A stretch of 64,000 bases of DNA from the NCBI GenBank assembly GCA_963750165.1, contig CAVVPN010000012.1, positions 1,152,001-1,216,000 on the forward strand. Direction: 5' to 3'. The notes below the pieces were generated by a model. The model saw only the letters and a program-made list of their open reading frames with translations. It did no database searches and had not been told where the DNA came from. Origin of the DNA: an uncultured Gemmataceae bacterium. GTDB lineage: Bacteria; Planctomycetota; Planctomycetia; Gemmatales; Gemmataceae. Every line of letters starts with the position of its first letter. Positions within the stretch are counted from its first letter, which is position 1. Below, one piece after another: positions 12,453 through 23,604 of this stretch. The position numbers were made by a program, and so were the translations under genes.

Positions 12453-12553
12453 CGGGATTGCTGCCGCTGGCGCCGGGCGCGTCCGTGGTAGTGAACGGAA
12501 GCGGGGAATAGCGGCAAGAACGACCCGAATTCTGTTGGGAAAGGGGGCGGACT

Positions 12554-12946
12554 TTGAGTGCCGGGGTAATTCTGCCGATGGCAAAATCGCTGTATCTTTG
12601 CGACGGGCACCTCGGCTTTACCTCCGGGAAGACGGACCTGATGGGGATCTTTGATTCCATTCGCCCCCAGGGTGGATATCCACACATCCACCCGTCCTTT
12701 GTGGTCTTCGCCCGCCTGGCGCAGGGGCTGGGAACCATTCCCTTTCGAGTGGACATCCGTCGCGCCGCCAGTGGCCAGTTTGTTGCAGGCACTCTGGTCC
12801 AACAGCTGGTTTTTCCCGACCGAGATACGATCGTCAACATGGTGGTGACCATGAAGGGAGTATCCTTTCCCCAGCCGGGACTATTTCTGGTAGAATTGCT
12901 GCTGGACAATCAGTGGGTGGCAGACACCACCGTGGAACTGAAATGA
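12554..12946 (+). CDS. DUF6941-like protein
   Basis: Pattern LYLCD...GKTDLMGIFDSI...FPQPGLFLVELLLD; lower GC than flanks. Confidence 0.6.
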   Translation: MSAGVILPMAKSLYLCDGHLGFTSGKTDLMGIFDSIRPQGGYPHIHPSFVVFARLAQGLGTIPFRVDIRRAASGQFVAGTLVQQLVFPDRDTIVNMVVTMKGVSFPQPGLFLVELLLDNQWVADTTVELK

Positions 12947-12952
12947 GGAGAC

Positions 12953-13171
12953 GTGCGCATGAGCGCGATCCAGCAGCCAACCCCGAATCATCAGGGCGAG
13001 ACGTTTGGTTCGGGGGATTTCCAGTTTTTTGAATGCGAGGCGCTTTCCGCGGACCACCCGGAGATTCAGGCCCGCGAGCGCGCCCGTCAACAGCAATTGC
13101 CACTCTCCAATCCAACCGAGAAGGAGGCCCGGCCTGCACCGGAAGGGGAAAAGAAGAAACATCCTGAATAA
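12953..13171 (+). CDS. Small hypothetical protein
   Basis: RBS gaggag directly after the upstream stop codon; 72 aa. Confidence 0.4.
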   Translation: MRMSAIQQPTPNHQGETFGSGDFQFFECEALSADHPEIQARERARQQQLPLSNPTEKEARPAPEGEKKKHPE

Positions 13172-13196
13172 GACAGCCAACGGACGCGGTGAGAAA

Positions 13197-13508
<312 letters not shown>

Positions 13509-13757
13509 CTGGATTTCGGTCGCTGGCGTCCTGGCGTGCTGCACCTCTCCAGACTCCAGCGTACCCGTTCACGGGTTTGTGGCGGCGACGCACGAGCCAA
13601 CTGGGCGAACCCCAGGGCAAGGCTGTAGGATGCCCCGGCAGGGAAACGCCGTAGGCTGCCCCCGCAACGCCCCTACGCGCCCGAGACGAGAAGGCCGTTG
13701 AATTCCGGAACCAATTTCGCTCCGGTTTGCCGCCATTATTACATAGGGGGCACAACG

Positions 13758-14066
13758 ATGATTGACAAAACAACTGCCAGAGACATCGTGAGTCGATGCT
13801 TGAGTTCACTTGCTGAACACGATGAGAATGACCCATGGGTCATTTGGGATGAATATACCGAAGAGTATGATATTGCCTGGGTGTTCTACTGGACAAAAGA
13901 ATCAATTTTTCTAGGAAAGGCTCGGAACCTTATTACTGGAAACAACCCGATCCTGGTTGACAAACAAACCGGCTTTTTGTTTCTTATAGAAGTTTCTGCC
14001 CCCCCCAAGTTCAGTGTTGAGAAATACCGAAAAGATAAAAACAGCTTGCCTCGGCTTACTTTTTGA
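13758..14066 (+). CDS. YrhB/Imm35-like immunity protein
   Basis: EEYDIAWVFYW...GNNPILVDKQTG motif; AT-rich; RBS aggggg before ATG 13758. Confidence 0.6.
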   Translation: MIDKTTARDIVSRCLSSLAEHDENDPWVIWDEYTEEYDIAWVFYWTKESIFLGKARNLITGNNPILVDKQTGFLFLIEVSAPPKFSVEKYRKDKNSLPRLTF

Positions 14067-14117
14067 AAAGAGAGGAAAAGGGCCAGCTTTCCGTCAGCAG
14101 GTCGTTCCGGCAGCCGG

Positions 14118-15488
14118 TCAGCGTTCCCTGGGGCGCTTCGGCTTCTTTTCCCCAAAATCCAGCTGGTCTGCCAAATCCGGCGCGGCGACGAAAGCACGCT
14201 GCCTACCCTGTTTCGTCTCGACCAGCAGTTTACGCCCCGCCAAGTCGAGCAAGTCGTTGCGTGCCGTCACCAGGGTGATGCCCTGAGAATGTTGGTGCGA
14301 CTGGAAGGTGAAAACCTGGGACGGGTCCTGCAGCGCGCGGTCCAGCACGGCGCGCTGGCGGTGGTTCAGGTCGGGGAACCGGCGCAGGGCCGCCGCCGCC
14401 CGCTGCTGCTCCGCCTGCTTTTCGGCCAGGTACTGGCGCAGGCTTACGAGGGCTTGTTGCGTCGCCTCCAGCTGGAACAGCACGGAGTAGGTCAGGTCGT
14501 TGTCGTCGTGTTCGCTGTGCAAAAACGAGCGGTAATACTGCATCGGGGCTTTCATGATGACGCGGGAAATCGTCAGAAACTCGAACAGCCAGTAACCCCG
14601 TTTCAGCATGTACCAGTAAAACAGGCTGCGCGCCGTGCGGCCGTTGCCGTCGATGAACGGGTGCTCGTAGGCCAGCCAGAAGTGCAGGACCGCCGCCTTG
14701 ACCAGGGGGTGAATGAAGTTGTCCTTGCCGTCCTCGGCGTTGGCGAAGTCAATCAAGCGGGCGAGTCGGTCCGGCAGCCGATCGGCCGGCGGCGGCGTGA
14801 ACACCACCTCGTTGTCGCGCACGTCGATCACGGAAATCGCTTCGTCCGGGGTGCGGAGCCGTCCCACGCCCGTCGGGTCGTCCAGGGTGTCCCGGGTCAT
14901 GCTCTCCTGGATCTCAAACAACAAATCCAGCGACAGGGGCACGTCCAGGCGCTGCCGCAACGTCTGGATGGTGCGGTAGCTGTTGACGATCATCTGTTCG
15001 CTGCGATCGCGCGGCTTGCGGTTGGTGCGGAGCATTTCCTTGGCCACCCTGCGAGTGGTGGCCGCGCCCTCGATCTGACTGGTGGCAATGGCTTCTTCCA
15101 TCAGCGAACTGATCAGCACGCGCTCGCGAATTTCCCGGATGGCCGGGGCGGCGCCGGCTTCCAGGCCGATCATGGTTCCGCCCATGCGGTCCACCTCGTG
15201 CAGCACCCGGAGCGAAGGCAGCGGCATCCAGTAATTAAAGGCGAGGCGGTGCTCATCCACCAGCGGGAGAAAGCGCCGCTGGCCCATGCGCGACAGTTTG
15301 ACCGCCAGCCAGGCTTCCTCGGGGTCGAGCCCGGCCAGGGGTGGCCGGTGGCGCAGTTTGTCCCAGTGAAAGTAGGCGGTGTTCGCTTCGGTGATGTACT
15401 GCTGGATGGACGGGTTCCCCAACTGCTGCAGTACGCGCGGCAGCTTTTCGTTGGCTAACGAGGGTGGTTTTTGAGGCAACTTGACCAT
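14118..15488 (-). CDS. Fic family protein with C-terminal wHTH-like region
   Basis: HPFIDGNGRTAR Fic motif and TSQIEGA inhibitory-helix-like motif. Confidence 0.9.
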   Translation of the reverse strand: MVKLPQKPPSLANEKLPRVLQQLGNPSIQQYITEANTAYFHWDKLRHRPPLAGLDPEEAWLAVKLSRMGQRRFLPLVDEHRLAFNYWMPLPSLRVLHEVDRMGGTMIGLEAGAAPAIREIRERVLISSLMEEAIATSQIEGAATTRRVAKEMLRTNRKPRDRSEQMIVNSYRTIQTLRQRLDVPLSLDLLFEIQESMTRDTLDDPTGVGRLRTPDEAISVIDVRDNEVVFTPPPADRLPDRLARLIDFANAEDGKDNFIHPLVKAAVLHFWLAYEHPFIDGNGRTARSLFYWYMLKRGYWLFEFLTISRVIMKAPMQYYRSFLHSEHDDNDLTYSVLFQLEATQQALVSLRQYLAEKQAEQQRAAAALRRFPDLNHRQRAVLDRALQDPSQVFTFQSHQHSQGITLVTARNDLLDLAGRKLLVETKQGRQRAFVAAPDLADQLDFGEKKPKRPRER

Positions 15489-15761
15489 CGACGATAACTG
15501 TATAGCAACTGTATAGTCTTGAAATATTATACAGTTTTCGCTGGCCAAAAGGAAGGCGATTCAGAAAACCACTGACTGTCCTGGAGTTGCGCTGCTGAAG
15601 GGGTGGTTGGGGCGGTGGCAGTCTTCTCTTTACTATCCAGTCCTGCCGCCGGGATGGATGCGCCGCGCCAGGCCGCCAGCGGCAGAAAAACCATTGCCAT
15701 CGCCGCCGGCGCCGTCATAATCGAGTCAGTTCCACCCCGCGCACTTTTTGGAGACCTCACC

Positions 15762-17059
15762 GTGGCCACCCGCCTCACGCGCCGCCGCTTCCTGCAGGGC
15801 AGCGCCGCCGTCGCCGCCAGCGCCGTCGTGCCGTACACCCTCACCGCCGCCCAACCGCAGCCCAACGGCGAGCGCCTGCGCCTCGGCGTCATCGGTGTCG
15901 CCGGCCGCGGCGCCGACAACCTCCGCGGCGTCAGCCACGAACACATCGTCGCCCTGTGCGACGTGGACACCAACCGCGCCGCCGCCGCCCGCAAGCAGTT
16001 TCCCAAGGCCGCGTTCGTCGAGGACTACCACCGCCTGATCGATCGCAAGGACGTGCAGGCCGTGGTCATCAGCACGCCGGACCACGCGCATGCGCTGCCG
16101 GCGCTGCTGGCGCTGCAGGCCGGCAAGCACGTTTACCTCGAAAAGCCGCTGGCGCACAACGTCCGCGAGGTGCGGTTGCTGATGGAAGCGGCCGGTCGCC
16201 ACAAGGCCGTCACGCAGATGGGCACGCAAATCCACGCCGGTGAGAATTATCGACGTGTCGTCGAGATCATGCGCGCCGGCACCATCGGCCGTGTCCGCCG
16301 CGTCCACGTCTGGGTGAACACCCGGCCGACCGCCGGCACCCGCGTCAAGCAAGCGACGCCGGTGCCGCAGGGCCTCAACTACGACCTGTGGCTGGGCGGA
16401 GCGCCGTCGCGGCCGTACCACGAGTCGCACGTGCATTTCCGCTGGCGCTGGTGGTGGGACTTCGGCGGCGGTGTGCTCGCGGACATGGCCTGCCATTACC
16501 TGGACCTGGCCTACTGGGCGCTGGGCCTGACGCAACCGCGGACGGTGGCGGCGAGCGGCCGCGTCACCTACAAGGGCGACAACACCGTGCCGAACCTGAT
16601 GCGGGTGGACTACGAATATCCGGCGCCGGCGAACAACCGCCGGTGCATCTGACGTGGTATCACGGCGTCACCGGCCCGGACCTGAATGGGAAAGTCACCT
16701 ACACGGGCTTCCCGGCGGGCGTGCTGTTCGAGGGCGAGAAGGGCAACCTGCTGGCGGGTTACAACGGCTATCGGCTGCTGCCGGTGGAGCGATTCAAGGG
16801 TTTCGAGCCGCCGAAGCCGACCATCGCGCGCTCGATCGGTCATCACCGCGAATGGCTGCAAGCGATCCGCAGCGGCGGGCCAACGACGTGCAGTTTCGCT
16901 TACAGCGGCAACCTGACGGTGGCGGTGCTGCTGGGGAATGTGGCGTACCGCTGCGGCGGCAAGATCGAGTGGGACGACCGCACGGGCACGGTGACCAACA
17001 ACAAGAACGCGGCCCAGTATCTGCGGCGCGAGTACCGCAGGGGCTGGGCCGTCGGCTAA
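15762..17059 (+). CDS. Tat-exported Gfo/Idh/MocA oxidoreductase (frameshift near 16630)
   Basis: TRRRFL Tat motif, GVAGRG, STPDHAH, YLEKPL and DMACH; C-terminus ends REYRRGW. Confidence 0.85.
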
Positions 17060-17120
17060 TGTCCTGGCGCACGGCGCGCCGTGAGCCCAGAGCGGTTCAC
17101 AGGCGCGTGGATCACGAACC

Positions 17121-17179
17121 GTAGGACGGCTCGCCAGCGCCGTCGGGAGAACGCTGACGGCTCTGGAGAGCCGTCCTAC
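17121..17179. repeat. GTAG-type REP-like palindrome family C
   Basis: gtaggacggctc...gagccgtcctac; related units at 17884-17973. Confidence 0.6.
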
Positions 17180-17209
17180 CACTTGTGTGCTAACCGATCG
17201 TGAACCGCC

Positions 17210-17863
17210 TTAATTGGGGTTCAGGTTGTAGAGGGCGCTGGCCTCAACCGTACGGTCGGCGGCCCGGTAAGCGCGGGCGAGGTTGTTGCGACAGGCCACG
17301 GTGTCGGTGTGGTTCGGCCCCTGCGCCGTCTGCCGCAAGTCCAGCGCCTGCTTGTACTGCTGGACCGCCAGCGCCGGCTCGCCCTGGTCCAGGTAAGACG
17401 AGCCGAGCACCTCGCGGACCTGCGCCGCCGCCAGCGGCCGATCCGCGAAGACCTTGGCGATCTCCGGCTCGGCCGCGTCCACCGCCTGGCGCAGCGTCAC
17501 CGCCTTGTCGAAGACGCCGGCCCAGGCCTTCGGGCGGCCCGCCGCGAACACCCGGTCCTGCAAGAACTCCAGCGCCGCGCGGGCGTCCTGCGCGGCACGC
17601 TTCGCCTCTGCCGCCACGGCCAAAGCCCGGTCGAGCGACTGCGCCGTGGTCTGGCGCGTCGCCTCTGCCTGGTCGCGCTGGCTTGTGAGCGCTGCCTTGA
17701 AGCTCATCGCCTCGTCACGCTGCTTCGTGGCCTCTTCGGCCTTTGTTTGCGATTCGGTTTCCGCCTGCCGCGCCCACACGGCCAGGCCCGTGCCCGCGGC
17801 GCCCATCCCCACTAGCAGCGTCAGCAGGACCGCTGCCATCCGGTTCGTTCGTTGGTTCATCAT
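17210..17863 (-). CDS. Membrane-anchored coiled-coil/TPR protein
   Basis: N-terminal TM, coiled coil, then LGSSYLDQGEPALAVQQYKQAL..GPNHTDT..NNLA TPR. Confidence 0.7.
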   Translation of the reverse strand: MMNQRTNRMAAVLLTLLVGMGAAGTGLAVWARQAETESQTKAEEATKQRDEAMSFKAALTSQRDQAEATRQTTAQSLDRALAVAAEAKRAAQDARAALEFLQDRVFAAGRPKAWAGVFDKAVTLRQAVDAAEPEIAKVFADRPLAAAQVREVLGSSYLDQGEPALAVQQYKQALDLRQTAQGPNHTDTVACRNNLARAYRAADRTVEASALYNLNPN

Positions 17864-17883
17864 AACGTTAGTCTCACGAATGG

Positions 17884-17973
17884 TTGGACGGCTCGCCCGA
17901 GCCGTCTGGAACAGGGACGGCTCCGCAGAGCCGCCCCGCCAAGTTTCCCGGACGGCTGCAGCGAGCCGTCCCA
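17884..17973. repeat. Cluster of family C palindromes
   Basis: Three ggacggct...agccg(t/c)c units. Confidence 0.55.
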
Positions 17974-17981
17974 CAACGGAC

Positions 17982-19469
17982 CTAGCGATCGTTCATTTTC
18001 GGCACGAGAACCCCAGGGGCGAGGCGCACGGGGGCGCCGTCGGTCAGGGCCATCAGGTCGTCGGCGGTGGCCACATTCACCCGGTCGTCGAACGGCACCC
18101 AGCGTGCCTTGCCGTCGGGCCCGTTCGGCAGCCGGCGGTTGGTGACCTCGATCCACTTGCCGTCGCTGATGCCCGTCTGGATCTCGGTCCTGACCACGTG
18201 GCCGTTCTTGTACAGCCAGCAGAAGGTCTGTTCGCCGACCGTGAAGGTGGCGCTCACCGGCAGCGCCCGCACGTCGGGGTGCTCGATAATCACGTTGGCG
18301 TAGGCGTACATGCCCGGCAGAATCTTGCTGTTGGGGTTGTTCAGATCGATCTCGGCGCGGAGCGTGCGGCTGGTGACGTTCAAGGCCCATGAGGTGCGCG
18401 TCACCGTCGCCGACAGCCACTCGTCCTTGTAGCCGCGGATGTAGACGCTCGCCGGCGTCCCCTTGCGGACGTAGTTGGCGTCTTGCTCGGGGATGTCCAC
18501 GAAGATGCGGACGATGTCGGTGCGGTCCACCACGTAGAGCGGCGCGGCCCCGCTGGGCGACTGGTGCGGCGACCGGTGCATGGCCGTCGGGTCGCCGTTG
18601 GCGGGCAGCACGAAGTCGTTGGTGTTGGCGTTGCGCACCGTGATGATGCCGTCGAACGGCGCCGGCAACGTCAGGTAGCCAACCAGAGCCTCGAGCCGTT
18701 TTGCCTCGCTCTCGGCGACCTTCAGTTCCGCGCTGGCGACCGCGACGGCGACCGTCTTCTCATCCAGCTTGGCGTTCTTCGAGAGCAGTTCCGCGTCCGC
18801 CTTCAGGATGGTCGCCTTGGCCGCCTCCCGCGCGGCCCGGTTCGACCGCAACTGATTCTCCGATTCGAGCAGCACCTGTGGATCGACCGTGCCGTTGGCG
18901 ACCTCGCGCCGCAGCCGCTTGACCTCCGAGTCCCAGCGGACGACCTGGGCCTCGTACTGGTCCAGGATCGCCTTGGTTTCCAGCAGGCGCGCCTCGGCCG
19001 CCTTGACATCGGCCTCGGCCACCTTGACGAGCTTGCGGGCCAGTTGCACGCGCTCCTCATCGAGCTTGACCGTGGCCTTCTTCGTCTCCCAGTCCTCGAC
19101 CCACTCCGGCACGAACAGCTTCGCAAGCACGTCATTCTTCTTCACCTTGTCGCCGATGTCCACGCACCACTTTTCGATGTACGCGGTCATCTTCGGGTAG
19201 ATCGACGTGCGCTCGTAGGCCTCGACGAAGCTCGGCTGGCTGACGGTGCGGACGATGGTCTTCACCGGCGTCTGGAGCAGCTTCACCATTGGCGGGTCCG
19301 CGACGCTCCCGGTGGCGGCCTCGTGCTTGCCCTCCGGCTCGCCGGATCGGCCCCAGCTGAACCAGAGCGTCAGGCAGCCCCCGATCACGATCACGGGCGC
19401 GACCCAGAGCAGGAGCCGGTGGCGCGTGGTGGCAGGAAACGACGCCGGAGTTTGATCTGCACTATTCAT
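17982..19469 (-). CDS. RND efflux periplasmic adaptor (MFP)
   Basis: N-terminal TM, VDIGDKVK, long alpha-hairpin, APFDGIIT and ILPGMY motifs. Confidence 0.9.
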   Translation of the reverse strand: MNSADQTPASFPATTRHRLLLWVAPVIVIGGCLTLWFSWGRSGEPEGKHEAATGSVADPPMVKLLQTPVKTIVRTVSQPSFVEAYERTSIYPKMTAYIEKWCVDIGDKVKKNDVLAKLFVPEWVEDWETKKATVKLDEERVQLARKLVKVAEADVKAAEARLLETKAILDQYEAQVVRWDSEVKRLRREVANGTVDPQVLLESENQLRSNRAAREAAKATILKADAELLSKNAKLDEKTVAVAVASAELKVAESEAKRLEALVGYLTLPAPFDGIITVRNANTNDFVLPANGDPTAMHRSPHQSPSGAAPLYVVDRTDIVRIFVDIPEQDANYVRKGTPASVYIRGYKDEWLSATVTRTSWALNVTSRTLRAEIDLNNPNSKILPGMYAYANVIIEHPDVRALPVSATFTVGEQTFCWLYKNGHVVRTEIQTGISDGKWIEVTNRRLPNGPDGKARWVPFDDRVNVATADDLMALTDGAPVRLAPGVLVPKMNDR

Positions 19470-19510
19470 CGAACATCTCCTTATGAATCAGGATGAGGTT
19501 GTTCCGCGCT

Positions 19511-19580
19511 GGGCGAGCGGCGCGGCGTCAGCCCGCCGTGTCTGGCGTTCCACGGCGGGTTGACGCCGCGCCGCTCGCCC
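19511..19580. repeat. REP-like palindrome family A
   Basis: gggcgagcggcgcggcgtcagcccgccgtg...cacggcgggttgacgccgcgccgctcgccc. Confidence 0.7.
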
Positions 19581-19588
19581 CGGTTTTT

Positions 19589-22500
19589 TCACTCAATGAG
19601 GCGGCGCTCCGGGCTCGTGGCCTCCGTCATTGGGGCCGTGATCTCCGTGCGGCGGCGGCGGCGCGGCGCGCGCGGCCGCTCGATCGGGCCGTGGCCGGTC
19701 CCCGGCGAGATGCCCTCACCGTGCTGCGGCTCCAGCGCGATCGGCCGGCCGCTTTCGTCCCAGGCCCCGTAATCCTCGCTCGCCGCCACGTCCGCGACGT
19801 ACTCGTCCTTGTGAGCGTGGACGTTCGGGTCGTAGTGCGCGCTGTCGCGGTCGTCGGGGTAGATCGATGGCGACTTGGCTTTCTGGCGGCCGATGACCAC
19901 CGCGAAGATCGATGGCAGCACCAGCAGCGTCGCCACCGTGGACATCACCAGGCCGCCGATCACCGCCAGGCCCAGCGGCGCCTGCATCTGACTGCCCTTC
20001 TCCAACGCCAGGGCCATCGGCACCATGCCGACGGTCATGGCGCAGGCGGTCATCAGAATCGGCCGCAACCGGTCGCTCGCCCCGAGGATGGCCGCGTCGG
20101 TCGAGGACTTGCCGTTCTTCCAGTGGTCGTCCATGAACGTCACGAGCATGACCGAGTTGGACACCGACACGCCCAGGCTCATGATCGAACCCATGAACGA
20201 CTCAATGTTCAAACTGGTGCGGGTGAAGTACAGGATGGTGGCGATGCCCGCGAGCACGCCCGGCACGGCGCCGATGGAGATCAGGCCGAGCTTCGGCGAC
20301 TGGAAGTAGGCGGTCAGCAGCACGAGGATGACGAACACCGCGACCGCCAGGCCGACGCCGAGCGCCAGGAACATCTCGTTCATCGGCGGCAGCTGGCCGC
20401 GGAGTTCGACGCGGACGCCGGCGGGAGGGGTGCCGGCCCGGTCGATGGCCTCCTGCACCTGGCGGGCGGCGCGGCCCATGTCCTCGCCTTCGACGTTGGC
20501 GGTCACGGTCAGGTAGCGCTGCGACATGTTGCGGTCGAACTCGCCGGGCCGCACGCTGGTGCGGACCTTGGCCACGTCGCGGATCATCAGGTTGACGAAC
20601 GGGTTGATCGAGTGAATCGGCAGCTCCTCGATGGCCTCCGCCTTGACCATCTTGTTCGGTGGCACCTGGATCTGCACCAGGTAGTCGAAGCCGGTGCGCT
20701 CGTCGCACCAGTAATTGAGGTCGCTGAAGCGGGTCGAGGAGGTCGCCATCACGAGGGCGCGGTGGATGTCCTCGACGGTGACGCCGCTCAGGTTCGCCTT
20801 CTCGCGGTCAATCTCGACCTCGATGGTCGGGTAATCGACGGTCTGCTCGAACTGCACGTCGCGCAGGTACGGAATCTTCTTCATCTCGGTGGCGACCTTC
20901 TCCGCGTGCTTGCGGACGTCGCCCAGGTCGGTGCCGACGAGCCGCACCGCGATCGGCGTCATCGAACCGAAGCTCATCACCGAGGAGACGATGTCGCCGG
21001 GCTCGAAGCCGAAGGTCGCCAGGTGAGCCTGCTTGATGGCCTCCGCGTTGGACAGGCCGCCCTGCTCCAACCGCTGCTCCAGCCACGGGATGACCTTCTC
21101 GGGCAGCTTCTTGCGGAGACGCTCGCGGAACTCGGCGAGCTGAATGCCGCTGTCCTCCTTGAGTTTGACGCGCAGCTGGCCATCATCCGGGCCGCGCATG
21201 AACAACACCATGTTGTTGATGCCGAAGTTCGGGGCCACCTGGCCGACGTAGCCCATCGAAATCTCAATGTTTTCGCGGCCGGCTTCCTGCTCGATCACCT
21301 CCAGGTTCTTGAGCGCCATCTGCCGGGTCAGCTCGAAGTTGGAGCCGGGCGGCGGCCGGAAGCGGAGCACGAATTGCCCCGAATCGACCTGCGGGAACAG
21401 CTCGGTGCCGACCTGCAAGCCGAGCACCAGCAGGATCGCGACGCAGCCGCCGAGGTAGGTCAACACCACCGGCCAGCGCAGCCGGACGAACAGGTTCACC
21501 GCCTTGCCGTAGCCCTTGAGCAACAGGCCGAACAGTCCGGCCTCTTCGCCGTGGCCCGCGCCGTGTTCGTGGCCCATGTGCTTGAGCAGGTACACCGACA
21601 GCACCGGCACGAACGTGCTGGAGAGCAGGTACGACGAGATCATGGCGAAGCCGACGCCCAGGGTCAGCGGCATGAACAGCGACCGCAGGGGGTCCGCCAT
21701 GATGAACGCCGGGATGAACACCGACAAAATACAGAGCAGTGCCAGCAACCGCGGCACGGCGGTGGCGTTGCTGGCGTGCAGCACCGCCGTGGCCACGTTT
21801 TTCGTGTGCCCCATCTGCACGTGGACGTTTTCGATGGTCACCGTCGCCTCATCCACGAGGATGCCGATGGCCAGGGCCATGCCGCCCAGGGACATGATGT
21901 TGATGGTGTTGCCCGTCAGGTACAGGCCGAACAGCGACCCGAGCAGGGCCAGCGGGATGTTGGCGACGACGACGATCACGCTGCGTAAATCGCGGAGGAA
22001 CAGCAGGATCATCAGGCCGGTCAGGCAGGCGCCGATGGCCCCCTCGGTGGCCACGCTCTCGACCGCCGCCACCACGGTCGGCGACTCGTCGAACTGGAAG
22101 CTGATCTTGACCTTGTCGCGGTACTCCTTGGGGATGACGCTACGGAACAGGTCCATCGACTTGCGCGTGTTGGCGACCACGTCGAGCGTCGAGCCAGTGT
22201 CGGTCTTGATGATCGGCAGGTAGACCGACTTCTTGCCGTTGACGACCGCGTAGCCGTAGGTGATGTCGGTGTCGTCCATGATGGTCGCCACGTCACGGAT
22301 GTAGACGTTGCGCTTGCTCTTGAGCGGGATGTCGCCGAGGCGCTGGATATTGCTGACCGTGGCGTTGTTGTGGACGATCGGCATCGAGTCCTTCACGTAG
22401 ACGTTGCCGGCCGGGATGATGGTATTGCCCTTGTGCAGGGCGTCCACGACCTCCTGGGGCGTGATGTTGTAGGTCTGGAGTTTGTTCGGGTTCACGTAGA

Positions 22501-23059
22501 CGACGATGGAGCGCATGTTCGGGCCGAAGGGCGAGATGGCCACGGTGCCGGGCACGTTCTTCTGCACCTGCGGCCGCACCAGGTTCTGGGCCCAGTCGCC
22601 GAGTTGGCCGAGCGACGCCTCGTCGCTCTCCAGCACGAGGTAGCCGACGGGGACGCTGCCGGCGTCCATGCGCATAATCATCGGCGGCAGCGTCCCCTTG
22701 GGCATCCACGACATGGCCCGGTTGGACATGGCCACGGTCTGGGCCATGGCCTGGCCCATGTTGGTGCCGGGGTAGAACGACAGCTTGCACAGCGACACCT
22801 GCTGGATGTTGCGCGAGTCGATGTCCTTGATGCCATCGACGTACTGGAAATACAACTCCAGCTGGTTGACGATGAAGCCCTCGATCTGATCGGGCCCCAT
22901 GCCGACGTAGTCGAGAAAGACGTAGATCTGCGGGGTATTCAGGGAGGGGAAGATGTCCACCCGCATGCGGTTGAACGCCAGGAGGCCGCCGCTAATCAGG
23001 CCCACGACCAACATCAGGGTCGTGATCGGACGCTTCATGGCGAATACGGTCGGGTTCAT
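19589..23059 (-). CDS. RND efflux permease (AcrB/CusA superfamily)
   Basis: ~1150 aa; GILVDEATVTIEN, RLRPILMT and APLGLAVIGGL motifs. Confidence 0.92.
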   Translation of the reverse strand: MNPTVFAMKRPITTLMLVVGLISGGLLAFNRMRVDIFPSLNTPQIYVFLDYVGMGPDQIEGFIVNQLELYFQYVDGIKDIDSRNIQQVSLCKLSFYPGTNMGQAMAQTVAMSNRAMSWMPKGTLPPMIMRMDAGSVPVGYLVLESDEASLGQLGDWAQNLVRPQVQKNVPGTVAISPFGPNMRSIVVYVNPNKLQTYNITPQEVVDALHKGNTIIPAGNVYVKDSMPIVHNNATVSNIQRLGDIPLKSKRNVYIRDVATIMDDTDITYGYAVVNGKKSVYLPIIKTDTGSTLDVVANTRKSMDLFRSVIPKEYRDKVKISFQFDESPTVVAAVESVATEGAIGACLTGLMILLFLRDLRSVIVVVANIPLALLGSLFGLYLTGNTINIMSLGGMALAIGILVDEATVTIENVHVQMGHTKNVATAVLHASNATAVPRLLALLCILSVFIPAFIMADPLRSLFMPLTLGVGFAMISSYLLSSTFVPVLSVYLLKHMGHEHGAGHGEEAGLFGLLLKGYGKAVNLFVRLRWPVVLTYLGGCVAILLVLGLQVGTELFPQVDSGQFVLRFRPPPGSNFELTRQMALKNLEVIEQEAGRENIEISMGYVGQVAPNFGINNMVLFMRGPDDGQLRVKLKEDSGIQLAEFRERLRKKLPEKVIPWLEQRLEQGGLSNAEAIKQAHLATFGFEPGDIVSSVMSFGSMTPIAVRLVGTDLGDVRKHAEKVATEMKKIPYLRDVQFEQTVDYPTIEVEIDREKANLSGVTVEDIHRALVMATSSTRFSDLNYWCDERTGFDYLVQIQVPPNKMVKAEAIEELPIHSINPFVNLMIRDVAKVRTSVRPGEFDRNMSQRYLTVTANVEGEDMGRAARQVQEAIDRAGTPPAGVRVELRGQLPPMNEMFLALGVGLAVAVFVILVLLTAYFQSPKLGLISIGAVPGVLAGIATILYFTRTSLNIESFMGSIMSLGVSVSNSVMLVTFMDDHWKNGKSSTDAAILGASDRLRPILMTACAMTVGMVPMALALEKGSQMQAPLGLAVIGGLVMSTVATLLVLPSIFAVVIGRQKAKSPSIYPDDRDSAHYDPNVHAHKDEYVADVAASEDYGAWDESGRPIALEPQHGEGISPGTGHGPIERPRAPRRRRRTEITAPMTEATSPERRLIE

Positions 23060-23604
23060 AACAATCCTCACGCCGGGTCATTCACACAATCATCACGTCG
23101 GCCACCTCACCCCCAGAGCAACCTCCATGCCGGGGGAAGATAACAAGCTTGTTAGGCGCTACAAGTATTTATTTGCAACCGGTTACGGGCGTTGGTGTCG
23201 TCTGGAGAGGAGGATGGCAAACGCTGTTGCCTCAGAATCCTGGGGGTTATTTCGTCATCGGGCCGATTTTTTATGCACGCACCGCGGGGGGTTGTGGAGC
23301 ACTTTACGGATGCGGTTGGGAACTCGGCGCGAGGCGTTATCATTCATCCAGGGATGATGCCGTCTGGATAAATAACATTGATTATATTACGATTTTATGC
23401 ACCGTCACGCCATCACCGTTTTCATTACAAGATCGTTAGCTTTCGCGACCGCAGTGCGGCTAGGTGTTGGGAAGATTACGAAATTGTTATTTTTCGCCGG
23501 GCTTTCTGCATTCGTAAACCCCGGAGGGAAAGGGGGGGCGGCGAAAGTGATCCCGGGTTGCGGGACGGGTGATAAGATACCCGCACGATACCCTGGCGTC
23601 GAGG

